A stretch of 39,451 bases of DNA from a bacterium (GTDB lineage Bacteria; Zhuqueibacterota; Zhuqueibacteria; Oceanimicrobiales; Oceanimicrobiaceae), in the NCBI GenBank assembly GCA_046758365.1, contig JBHIAC010000013.1, positions 1-39,451 of the forward strand, read 5' to 3'. The notes under the pieces are model-generated. The model saw only the letters and a list, made by a program, of their open reading frames with translations. It was not told the DNA's origin and did no database searches. Of the stretch, positions 18,303 to 26,966 are shown piece after piece. How positions within the stretch are numbered: position 1 is the first letter of the stretch; the number at the start of each line of letters is the position of its first letter. Both the position numbers and the translations under genes were made by a program.

Positions 18303-19577
18303 TTGGAAAACTTCAAGGTGAAATTTAAAAAATCTAAATTTGAACTTAAGGAAACTCATTCTTTATCAACTAATCGTTTCGAAATAATGAATGATTCAAA
18401 ATTATCACCTGATATTCCGACCTACAATTTGAATAAACTTCCAAAACATTTTAAGAAAAAGATTTATCAAGGATTTGAACCGCGGTTTGTAATCATCCTA
18501 TTGACTTCTCTATTTATGCATTCTGCAATATTTTTATATTTATCATATAATTTACCTGAAAAATATAAATCCAATATTACTGAAAAAGTACGCAAGCAAT
18601 TTGTGAACTTGCTTTTGGAAGGAAAAAATGAATTATCATCGGTAATAGAAAAAGTAGAAGAAGAAAGTCCAGAGGAGGATCAATATTTTAATTTGCTTGA
18701 ATCATTTAAAAATGAATTTGACAACTACGATCCAACAATTGATGAGTTATTGAATTTTACAAATGCGGCTGCTCCTAAAACAACAACACCCTTGGCTGAA
18801 AGAACCCGAGTCAATAGAAAGGTGACCGGGGAGAGAAGAAAAAGGGCTAAAGAAGCCATATTTGAAGAAGTTGAAAAGATAGGGTTATTAGGTGTCATTA
18901 CTTCTGAAAGTGGAGTAGTCTCTTATGCTGAGATTGCAGACATTTTACAGTTTGCCGACTCTACTGCAGGGGATTTAGAAAAAAGGTTAGCTTTTTTAAC
19001 AAGCTTACGAGTGCCCCGTGTTGAAGCTTCTTTGGGATTTAAAACTATTGATATACGATATAAACCATTTTTATTAACAAAATCGGAAACGATTTCAAAA
19101 CCGCCTTCCATCAAAGGGAATAGAATATATATTGACAATGTGCGGGCAGAAGATTTTGTTGAAAAGTTGGGGAATGTTAAGGAAGTACCTGTTAAAAAAA
19201 CACAAAAGTATGAAGAAGTACCTTCTTCTTTTCCAGGGGCTAGTTTACATACCATATTCAGTGATGAGACGGAAACGCGATTTAACCGGGATCCACATGA
19301 AGTCAGAGAAGTTGTATTGTCTCATTATCCTGCTATTCAGGATTGTTACAAACAGGCTTTAAAAACTAATGCCAATCTAAAAGGTAAAGTCGTGGTAAAG
19401 TTTGTAGTATCACCAGAAGGCAATGTAATCTCTGCCATAGTTGTATCCTCCTCAATTACTGATCAACAAATGATTGAATGTATGCTGGATAGAATTTTAA
19501 GATGGAATGATTTTTCACTATTACACCCTTCGGCCAATAATATGGCCATTAAACAAACCTACGTTTTTGGTTTTTAG
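18303..19577 (+). CDS. Single-pass membrane protein with C-terminal TonB-C-like (AgmX/PglI C-terminal type) domain
   Basis: TM FVIILLTSLFMHSAIFLYL with a TonB-like S..H motif. C-terminal IQDCYKQALKTNANLKGKVVVKFVVSPEGNV...CMLDRILRW..F. Start codon uncertain. Confidence 0.75.
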   Translation: MENFKVKFKKSKFELKETHSLSTNRFEIMNDSKLSPDIPTYNLNKLPKHFKKKIYQGFEPRFVIILLTSLFMHSAIFLYLSYNLPEKYKSNITEKVRKQFVNLLLEGKNELSSVIEKVEEESPEEDQYFNLLESFKNEFDNYDPTIDELLNFTNAAAPKTTTPLAERTRVNRKVTGERRKRAKEAIFEEVEKIGLLGVITSESGVVSYAEIADILQFADSTAGDLEKRLAFLTSLRVPRVEASLGFKTIDIRYKPFLLTKSETISKPPSIKGNRIYIDNVRAEDFVEKLGNVKEVPVKKTQKYEEVPSSFPGASLHTIFSDETETRFNRDPHEVREVVLSHYPAIQDCYKQALKTNANLKGKVVVKFVVSPEGNVISAIVVSSSITDQQMIECMLDRILRWNDFSLLHPSANNMAIKQTYVFGF

Positions 19578-19610
19578 TTATATTTGTTTAAAAAATATTT
19601 TGATTTGTTT

Positions 19611-19646
19611 AAACCCTCTGTGCATGCATAGAGGGTTTTGTATTTT
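19611..19646 (+). terminator. Intrinsic terminator
   Basis: AAACCCTCTGTGC / GCATAGAGGGTTT stem followed by a T-rich tail. Confidence 0.8.
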
Positions 19647-19721
19647 ACCCATAAAATCTCTTGACATTTGATTGAAATTTATTTAATTGTAATGCGCTAT
19701 TGATAAGTTAAGGAGGGAGTC

Positions 19722-20756
19722 ATGTACATGATTAGAGTAAAGAGGTGTAATTTTGTTATATTTTTTATTATTTTACTCGCACCTGTTTTTTTTACGTCAA
19801 CTTATGCTCAGAAACTTCATATATTTGAACCGAAAAACTATTTCTACACCTATGATGCCTCTCATCCGCCAGTACTGACTTTGAATCCCAAGGATACATT
19901 AATTACATACACCATTGATGCTTTTGGTAATGTAATAAGCCGCAGTGACCAGAAGGCCTCTGAACAGGTTCATTTACCGAAAGTTAATGGTCAAACTGGC
20001 CCTTTTTACATTTCTGGGGCGGAACCGGGCGATGTCTTAGTTGTAGAGCTGGAAGATATACAACCTACCAGAGATTATGCTGTTTCTTCCCATATACCAG
20101 GATTCGGAGCCTTAACAGGAGAAACCTATTCAGCGATGCTTAATGAACCACTGCCTGAAAGAACATTTATTTGGCAGTTAGATTTAAAAAGGCAGACAGG
20201 AAGATTAACACTAAAAAATAGTAAACTTGCTCAAATAGAAATACCTTTACAGCCATTCTTAGGGACTGTTGGTGTGGCACCAAAATTTGGAGAGGCAGTG
20301 CTTTCTCTAACGCCCGCAGAACATGGCGGTAATATGGATTGCATCGAAACCAGAAAAGGAACTACGCTCTATTTTCCCGTAGCGGTAAAAGGTGCTTTAC
20401 TCATGCTTGGTGATGGTCATGCAGCACAAGGTGATGGCGAAATATGTGGTACTGGTCTCGAGTGTCCTCTTAAAGTGAGATTAACAGTGGATTTGATCAA
20501 GAATCAGTCCATAACGTGGCCAAGATTTGAAGACGATGAATTCATCATGATTGCAGCCAGCACCCGGCCTCTTATGGACGCCTTTCGCTTGGCTCAGGTT
20601 GAACTTATCAATTGGCTGAGCACCGATTACAGATTTGATAGATGGGAAGCACTGCAACTTGTTTCACAGGTGGGGATAACGCGGGTTGGTAATGTAGTAG
20701 ATCCTAAATATACGGTGGTAGCGAAGTTTCCCAAAAAATATTTACCTAAAAATTAA
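19722..20756 (+). CDS. Acetamidase/formamidase family protein with predicted signal peptide
   Basis: TGPFYISGAEPGDVL, PFLGTVGVAP, HGGNMD and GDGHAAQGDGEICGTGLE motifs. AAGGAGG RBS. Confidence 0.92.
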   Translation: MYMIRVKRCNFVIFFIILLAPVFFTSTYAQKLHIFEPKNYFYTYDASHPPVLTLNPKDTLITYTIDAFGNVISRSDQKASEQVHLPKVNGQTGPFYISGAEPGDVLVVELEDIQPTRDYAVSSHIPGFGALTGETYSAMLNEPLPERTFIWQLDLKRQTGRLTLKNSKLAQIEIPLQPFLGTVGVAPKFGEAVLSLTPAEHGGNMDCIETRKGTTLYFPVAVKGALLMLGDGHAAQGDGEICGTGLECPLKVRLTVDLIKNQSITWPRFEDDEFIMIAASTRPLMDAFRLAQVELINWLSTDYRFDRWEALQLVSQVGITRVGNVVDPKYTVVAKFPKKYLPKN

Positions 20757-20767
20757 TTATTAAAGTA

Positions 20768-21520
20768 ATGATAACCTTAGAAAATAAAGTTGCTTTAATT
20801 ACTGGAGCCTCGAGGGGTATAGGAAGAGCGGCAGCCTTATTATTTGCCCAGGCAGGCGCCGCTATTGCTTTGAATTATCATAAAAACAAAAAAGCTGCCC
20901 AGGAGGTTTTAGGTCGAGTCATCTTATTTGGTGTTAATGCTCAGATATTAAAGGCAAATGTAGCAAATTTTAATGAAGTTAAGAGAATGGTAAAGCAAGT
21001 TCTAAATTCTTTCGGCAAAATAGATATATTAGTAAACAATGCTGGTATTTGGACACCAGGTGCAATCGAAACCATGTCAGAACAAGTGTGGGATGAAACT
21101 ATGGATGTGAATCTAAAAAGTATTTATAACTGTTGCAAAATGGTTGTGCCAGCAATGATTTCCTCAGGGGGTGGTAAAATCATAAATATTTCCTCTACTG
21201 CCGGTCAAAGGGGTGAAGCCTTCCATTCTCATTATGCTGCCACAAAGGGTGCTGTAATAAGTTTTACAAAATCTTTAGCAGTAGAATTGGCAGGGAAAAA
21301 TATTTTGGTGAATGCCATCGCACCAGGTTGGGTGGATACCGATATGACTAAAGAGGCTTTTGAGAAAGAGAGTCAAAAAATCATTAATACAATACCTCTG
21401 GGGCGTCCAGGGACTTCGGAAGAAATTGCAGGAGCTATCCTCTTTTTAGCTTCAGATTTATCTAATTACCTCACTGGGGAAATCATCAATGTAAATGGAG
21501 GTTCTGTCCTTTGTGGCTGA
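20768..21520 (+). CDS. Short-chain dehydrogenase/reductase (FabG-like)
   Basis: TGASRGIG, NNAG, YAATK and PGWVDT motifs. Confidence 0.93.
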   Translation: MITLENKVALITGASRGIGRAAALLFAQAGAAIALNYHKNKKAAQEVLGRVILFGVNAQILKANVANFNEVKRMVKQVLNSFGKIDILVNNAGIWTPGAIETMSEQVWDETMDVNLKSIYNCCKMVVPAMISSGGGKIINISSTAGQRGEAFHSHYAATKGAVISFTKSLAVELAGKNILVNAIAPGWVDTDMTKEAFEKESQKIINTIPLGRPGTSEEIAGAILFLASDLSNYLTGEIINVNGGSVLCG

Positions 21521-21586
21521 AATTGTTTTCTCAGTTTGCCATTGTTGTCATACCACATAATAATTAGTTCAAATTCTCAATCACAA

Positions 21587-22594
21587 ATGGAATATTTACC
21601 TACTGGAAAGCTTGATTTAAAGTTTCTATCCAACTTAATTGAAAAATATTGTACAACAAATAATAGAGTTGTTGTAGGACCAAAGGTTGGCGAAGATGCC
21701 GCGGTTATTGATTTTGGCGATATGTATTTAATCGCCAAAACAGACCCTATAACCTTTGTAACAGAACAGATAGGAATTTACGCTATTCATATTAATGCAA
21801 ATGATATTGGGTGTATGGGCGGTGTGCCAAAGTGGTTTTTGGCAAATTTAATTTTACCAGAACAACAATCTACTAAGAAATTAGTGGATGACATATTTTA
21901 CCAGATAGCGGATGCTTGTTCAAATCTAAATATCTCATTTTGTGGTGGTCATACAGAAGTTACTTCTGGAATTGATCGACCCATTGTAGTAGGATGCATG
22001 TTAGGGGAAGTCGAGAAAGATAAATTAATAACCTCTGCTGGGGCTGAAATAAACGATCATATTATTTTGACTAAAGGTATTGCAATTGAAGCAGTTTCAA
22101 TTATTGCAAGAGAACGAGAGGCTGAATTAGTCGATGCTTTTTCTCAAGAGTTTATTGAGCAATGTAAAAATTTTGTAAATGATCCAGGGATAAGTGTCTT
22201 ACCTGAAGTCGAGATTGCACAGAGAATAGGTGGGGTACATTCCTTCCATGATCCGACTGAAGGTGGATTAGCCATGGGATTATGGGAATTGGCTTCAGCC
22301 GCCCAGGTAGGCATGTCTATTGAATTTGACAAAATACGTATACTTCCTGAAGCAAAGCTACTTTGTGAGCAGTATAAATTAGATACCTTGGGTATCATTG
22401 CTTCAGGAGCATTGTTGATGACAGTTGATAAAGCTAAGTCCTCAAAAATTGTAGATGCTTTGAACAAGGAAGGTATTGAAGCCGAAGTTATTGGTAAGAT
22501 TGTTGAGGCAGAAAAACGTGTGAAAATTTTAATTAAAAATAATTACTACGATTTACCTAAATTTGACAGGGATGAAATTATTAAGCTATTTTGA
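21587..22594 (+). CDS. AIR synthase-related (PurM/HypE/ThiL superfamily) protein
   Basis: GPKVGEDAAVID, KTDPIT, NANDI, GGHTE and HDPTEGG motifs. Likely start ATG 21587 (MEYLPTGKL). Confidence 0.88.
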   Translation: MEYLPTGKLDLKFLSNLIEKYCTTNNRVVVGPKVGEDAAVIDFGDMYLIAKTDPITFVTEQIGIYAIHINANDIGCMGGVPKWFLANLILPEQQSTKKLVDDIFYQIADACSNLNISFCGGHTEVTSGIDRPIVVGCMLGEVEKDKLITSAGAEINDHIILTKGIAIEAVSIIAREREAELVDAFSQEFIEQCKNFVNDPGISVLPEVEIAQRIGGVHSFHDPTEGGLAMGLWELASAAQVGMSIEFDKIRILPEAKLLCEQYKLDTLGIIASGALLMTVDKAKSSKIVDALNKEGIEAEVIGKIVEAEKRVKILIKNNYYDLPKFDRDEIIKLF

Positions 22595-22669
22595 ACCACT
22601 CACTTCCAATTTAAGTTTTAAACCTCTCTCAAACAAGTGAGGGGTAGTTTCCCGCTAAAAAATGATGAA

Positions 22670-23653
22670 TTAATCCTTTGGAATGGCATATTTTTTCATT
22701 TTGAAACGAAGCGTTGCTTCGGGAATTCCAAGTAGGCGTGCGGCTTTAACCTGATTCCCAGCAAATTTACCCAAAGCCTTTTTAATTAGGTAAGTTTCCA
22801 CCTCTGAAATAACACCTTTGAGGTTTTTCACTTCCAAGAAATCCAAAGGATGTCGTTTGATTTCGAAAGGTAAAAATTCGGTGGAAAGTTCACCAGATGG
22901 AGACATCATTACTAAATTTTCGACACAGTTCTGTAACTCTCTTATATTACCTTTCCAATCATATTCAAGTATAGATTCAAAAAGTTCTGCCGGAACCGCA
23001 GGAATTTCTAACTCGTTTTCGTGACAATATTTTTTTAAGAAATAGATGAATAATTCTGGAATATCTTGTTTCCGTTCTTTTAAAGGCGGGATAGTTATTG
23101 TCAGTGTTTTTAAAAGATAGTAAAGGTCTTTGCGAAAATTCTCTGATTCAATATCTTGAGTCATGTCTCGGTTACTCGTGGAAATCATACGGATATCCAA
23201 AAGAATATTTTCTTTTCCCCCTATTCTTCGAAATTTCTTTTCTCGAATAACCTGAATTAATTCAAACTGAAAATCTGAACTGGAATCGTAAAGGTTATCT
23301 AAGAGGAGAACGCCTCGATTGGCTTTTTCTAAAATTCCAATCGTTCGTTTTATTGTACCAGCTTCTTCGGTTTCTTCCCCGAAGAGGTCTCTTTTGTCAA
23401 TTGTATAACCCAATGCTGAACAATTTAACACTAAAAAAGGTCGGTTTTTCCTAGTGCTATTCTTATGTATTAGTCTGGCAATAAATTCCTTACCGGTTCC
23501 GGTATCCCCAACAATTAATATGTTGCTGTCAACTTTAGAAAACTTTTTAACGGCCCTATTAAGACGTTTGGATTCCGGACTATTTCCTACGATCTTTTCA
23601 TCTTGAAAAATATTTTCTGAAATTTCATTTGAGTGCATATGATATATCCTCAT
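22670..23653 (-). CDS. Degenerate sigma-54-interaction (NtrC-type AAA+) regulator with Fis-type HTH and no N-terminal sensor domain
   Basis: Walker A GDTGTGKE, NC, PPLKER, WKGNIREL and HTH GNQVKAARLLGI are present. GAFTGA is absent and Walker B reads LLLDN. Alternative start ATG 23638 has a GAGGA RBS. Confidence 0.9.
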   Translation of the reverse strand: MRIYHMHSNEISENIFQDEKIVGNSPESKRLNRAVKKFSKVDSNILIVGDTGTGKEFIARLIHKNSTRKNRPFLVLNCSALGYTIDKRDLFGEETEEAGTIKRTIGILEKANRGVLLLDNLYDSSSDFQFELIQVIREKKFRRIGGKENILLDIRMISTSNRDMTQDIESENFRKDLYYLLKTLTITIPPLKERKQDIPELFIYFLKKYCHENELEIPAVPAELFESILEYDWKGNIRELQNCVENLVMMSPSGELSTEFLPFEIKRHPLDFLEVKNLKGVISEVETYLIKKALGKFAGNQVKAARLLGIPEATLRFKMKKYAIPKD

Positions 23654-23674
23654 TTTAAAATGTTCGTTGCTTTT

Positions 23675-24721
23675 TTATAACTCATCATTTTGAGAACGTT
23701 TTTGGTACAGCACTGTCAAATAAAAAGTTAAAATCAATACTCCGAAAGAAAGTACAATTATATTTAGTTTTAGAAACGGAGAAAAATTAAGATAGTTTAT
23801 GCAAATAATAAATAGAAAAGTTATGAAACCAAAGGTATTGCGTTTTTCATTGAAATAGGCTTTTGCAAGGCTAAGCACTAGCAAGGAAACCTTTGAACTT
23901 TTCTTTCTCTTGATCGGAACACCTCGATAGTTTCCTGTAACAACAACGGTATCATAAAATTGGCCAAATTCAGAATAAATGTAGTTTAATCTTTTGAATA
24001 ATGTAATGAAGAAAAAAGAAAGGTTTAATAATAGAACGTATTGACTTAACGAAAACAGTTTGATATTGTAAATGTATCCAACTTTGTCTGTAATATCTAA
24101 TAAAACCATAATGAAAAAGCAAACCATTAAAGAATTTATATGTTCGCCCAAAGACCTGTCATATCTATATAATAGCACCCCATAAAAATTCACGAAGAAT
24201 AATGAAAGAAATGTTACCTTAAAGATGCTTTTGTAGAATATCGATAAATCTTCGATGCGGAGTATGTAATCGGTATCTAAAAAATATGGATAAAAATGCC
24301 ATACATAAATTGGAATTATGATAGCAAAACTAATACTATAGATTAATAGGGGGTTAAGATTATTAATCAGATATTTGATACAAACATATATAATACACAA
24401 TGCTAGTAAGAAGCTTATGATGATTTTTCTATATTCAAAAAAATAATAGAAAAAATAATTGTCACTTATATAATGTTGGATGAAACTAAAGCTATAAAAA
24501 ATTAAAAATAATCCTAGATTAAAGAAAATGGATTTATTATGCTGTTCTTTTTTAAATATGAAGAGGCAAAATAGAAATAACAAAAAGTATATACAACAGT
24601 TAAGCCATGAGAGAATGGGAATTTTGTCATGAGGTAGGTTTGATATTATAACCAAAAATAGTATATAAAATAACCAAAAATTTATGATCTTGATATATAT
24701 ATTTAAATTTTTTGAAAGCAT
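23675..24721 (-). CDS. Hypothetical polytopic membrane protein (~10 TM), receptor/sensor-like
   Basis: Long ORF in very AT-rich DNA with about 8 closely spaced hydrophobic helices, a basic loop and 2 more helices. ATG 24721 is preferred over TTG 24745. Confidence 0.8.
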   Translation of the reverse strand: MLSKNLNIYIKIINFWLFYILFLVIISNLPHDKIPILSWLNCCIYFLLFLFCLFIFKKEQHNKSIFFNLGLFLIFYSFSFIQHYISDNYFFYYFFEYRKIIISFLLALCIIYVCIKYLINNLNPLLIYSISFAIIIPIYVWHFYPYFLDTDYILRIEDLSIFYKSIFKVTFLSLFFVNFYGVLLYRYDRSLGEHINSLMVCFFIMVLLDITDKVGYIYNIKLFSLSQYVLLLNLSFFFITLFKRLNYIYSEFGQFYDTVVVTGNYRGVPIKRKKSSKVSLLVLSLAKAYFNEKRNTFGFITFLFIICINYLNFSPFLKLNIIVLSFGVLILTFYLTVLYQKRSQNDEL

Positions 24722-24724
24722 TTT

Positions 24725-25093
24725 GACCCGAACAGTAATTTTCAAATAATTAAAACTTTGATTCTAAATAACTTCACCCTATTCATTTGTAACGTCAAGG
24801 TCTGGGTCTGGTTTGGGTTTTGGTCTCGGTCTAGTTGGGTCTGGCATAGGGTCTGTTAAATTACCCTTTGACAAAACATCAGTTTGTAATATTTCAATTT
24901 GACTTAATGATGGAGAAGCCATGGCAGAAGCGTTGCTTAATCCAACTTTAGATAGCATTTGAGATATTATGCCCTGACTATCTGCCATTGTAAATACTAC
25001 CACAGTAAATGAATAAAATAAAACAACGATAGCGACGGCGAACAGTTTTTTCTTCATTTTTGCCTCCTTTCATGAAGAATTACTGTTCGGGTC
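24725..25093. repeat. 16-bp perfect inverted repeat pair flanking the small peptide gene
   Basis: GACCCGAACAGTAATT (24725-24740) and AATTACTGTTCGGGTC (25078-25093). The match extends by TTCA/TGAA with one 1-nt bulge. Confidence 0.9.
24779..25057 (-). CDS. Small exported protein/peptide precursor (92 aa) with Pro-rich C-terminus
   Basis: Strong AAAGGAGG RBS. MKKK plus a hydrophobic signal-like segment. C-terminal DPMPDPTRPRPKPKPDPDLDVTNE. Confidence 0.85.
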   Translation of the reverse strand: MKKKLFAVAIVVLFYSFTVVVFTMADSQGIISQMLSKVGLSNASAMASPSLSQIEILQTDVLSKGNLTDPMPDPTRPRPKPKPDPDLDVTNE

Positions 25094-25098
25094 GATAT

Positions 25099-25127
25099 AA
25101 TATAAAATTAAATTTCTACAATGTCAA
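25099..25127 (-). promoter_or_regulatory. Putative sigma-70 promoter of the peptide-membrane protein-regulator unit
   Basis: TTGACA (25127-25122), 17-nt spacer, TATATT (25104-25099). Predicted start about 25092-25093. Confidence 0.7.
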
Positions 25128-25136
25128 GTATAAAAC

Positions 25137-25160
25137 GTATAATATTACGAAATATTATGC
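25137..25160. promoter_or_regulatory. Candidate operator palindrome just upstream of the -35
   Basis: GTATAATATT-acga-AATATTATGC has 9/10 dyad symmetry. The AT-rich context lowers its significance. Confidence 0.4.
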
Positions 25161-25293
25161 AAAAATTATATAACCATTGGTTTAATAATCCGAGAGGAAA
25201 TATTATTTTAACCTTAGTGTATTTCCTATCTAGATAACTAACTGACTAAAAATAATAAAGAAATTTCGAATTGTCAATAATTATGTTAATTTT

Positions 25294-26919
25294 TTAATTT
25301 TTTCTTTTGTTTATACTACCAATTAAATGTGCCATGGTTAATAAATCATTTGCTTTTGGAAAATATTTCATTGCCTCTTGGAGCTGTGTATCTCGTAAAA
25401 TATTTACCCGAAATCGAGCTTCACGACCCCAAAGCAAATAAGCCAATTCTCGTTTTATTAAAAATTTGATATTATTTTTATCTTTAGTAAAATTAATTTT
25501 ATGAAAATCTAAATCAGTTTTCTTAACGGCGCTTATAAAATCATTATACATTTTATCAGTTACCACAAAATGATTAATGAAATCAATCATATTCGATTTA
25601 ATGTAAGGATTCTTTTTGACCAAATCTTCTGCAAAAGTATAAAATGGTCTATGATTAGAAAAATATAGTTTACGCAAATTTTCTGATAAAATATTCTCTT
25701 CGCTTTCTATCCAAATATCGGGTGTAATGCCGCCATCCCCATATACGAGGCGACCGGAACGCGTTTGATAGGCCGGTTTTTCTTTTATGTTATTTTCAAT
25801 ATTTCTCAACTGGTCATTATAAGCCTCTCGATAGTATTCATCTTTTGATTTTGCGAAATAATCTCTTTGGATAGGCCGTCCACTGGGGGTGTAGTATTTA
25901 GCGGTGGTTATTAACAAAGCTGAACCATCATGAAAACGATATTGACTTTGAACCAAACCCTTGCCAAAGCTTGTTTTACCAACCAACAAGCCACGATCTA
26001 AATCCTGAATAGCCCCTGCTACGATTTCAGATGCACTTGCTGATCCGTGATCTATTAAAACTATTAAAGGAATGAGGGGGTAGGTTGGTTCTGAAGTTGC
26101 ATAATATTCTTGATAAGTACTTGATAAACGACCTTTAGTATAGACTATTTTTTGTCCACCGGGAATAAATTTGTCTGTTACTTCAATGGCTGCGTTTAGA
26201 TATCCACCACTATTTCCTCTTAGATCAAGAATAAGTTTATTCATGCCTTTGGATTTTAGAAGGTTTAAGGCTTGCTCCAATTCAGTAGAAGTAGTCGCAG
26301 TAAACCGCTCGATTTTGATATATCCGATACCGGGCTGAATCATCAGCGTTTGAGGAATACTATGAAGAATGATTCTATCACGAATTATTACAAACTCTTT
26401 TGGCTTTGTCCACCCATCTCTTTGGACATTAATTTTAACCGAGCTGCCAACCGCTCCCATTAATTTTTTTGAGGCCTCGTCTCTTTTAATCCCTATGACT
26501 GATTGGCCTTCAATTTCTACGATTTTGTCGCCTTGATGAATCCCAACTTTCGCTGCTGGTCCTGATTCTATCACGGACATCACAGTGATTTTTTTTCTAA
26601 TAATATCAAAACTTAGACCAATTCCAGAATATCCTTCAAAATTTTGGTTCCATTCTTTAAAATCTTCTGCAGATAAATAAGAAGTATGGGGATCTAATTC
26701 AGAAATCATTCCTTTTATAGCATCCTCTACAAGCTCATCAGGTTCTTTTTCTTCAATATATACGCGCTGAATTGTCTCTAAAATAGAAGTAAATATTTTA
26801 ATTTTTGAATAGAGGTTTTCTGAATAGGCAAGAAGTTTGTCTCCCTTTGACTCCCAGATAAGATAGCCAAATAAATAAATTAGCAGCAAAGCAAGGGTGG
26901 TGTTTAGTATTTTCTTCAT
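25294..26919 (-). CDS. S41 family C-terminal processing peptidase (CtpA/Prc-like) with PDZ domain
   Basis: LDPHTSY, PDZ (GIG...GPAAKVGI..GDKI), LILDLRGNSGG, SASASEIVAGAIQD and SFGKGLVQ motifs. GGAG RBS before ATG 26919. Confidence 0.95.
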   Translation of the reverse strand: MKKILNTTLALLLIYLFGYLIWESKGDKLLAYSENLYSKIKIFTSILETIQRVYIEEKEPDELVEDAIKGMISELDPHTSYLSAEDFKEWNQNFEGYSGIGLSFDIIRKKITVMSVIESGPAAKVGIHQGDKIVEIEGQSVIGIKRDEASKKLMGAVGSSVKINVQRDGWTKPKEFVIIRDRIILHSIPQTLMIQPGIGYIKIERFTATTSTELEQALNLLKSKGMNKLILDLRGNSGGYLNAAIEVTDKFIPGGQKIVYTKGRLSSTYQEYYATSEPTYPLIPLIVLIDHGSASASEIVAGAIQDLDRGLLVGKTSFGKGLVQSQYRFHDGSALLITTAKYYTPSGRPIQRDYFAKSKDEYYREAYNDQLRNIENNIKEKPAYQTRSGRLVYGDGGITPDIWIESEENILSENLRKLYFSNHRPFYTFAEDLVKKNPYIKSNMIDFINHFVVTDKMYNDFISAVKKTDLDFHKINFTKDKNNIKFLIKRELAYLLWGREARFRVNILRDTQLQEAMKYFPKANDLLTMAHLIGSINKRKN

Positions 26920-26966
26920 GAAAAGTCTCCGCAAGATCATGCATGAAAAATGTTAAAGAAATATCA

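Noticed and set aside
22595..22669. Weak hairpin between the convergent AIR-synthase-like and regulator genes
   Set aside because: The stem has several mismatches and no clear U-tract, so it was not called as a terminator.
24725..25093. Retron a1/a2 or transposon-end interpretation of the 16-bp IR
   Set aside because: No reverse transcriptase or transposase is present in the window, and there is no clear target-site duplication outside the arms.
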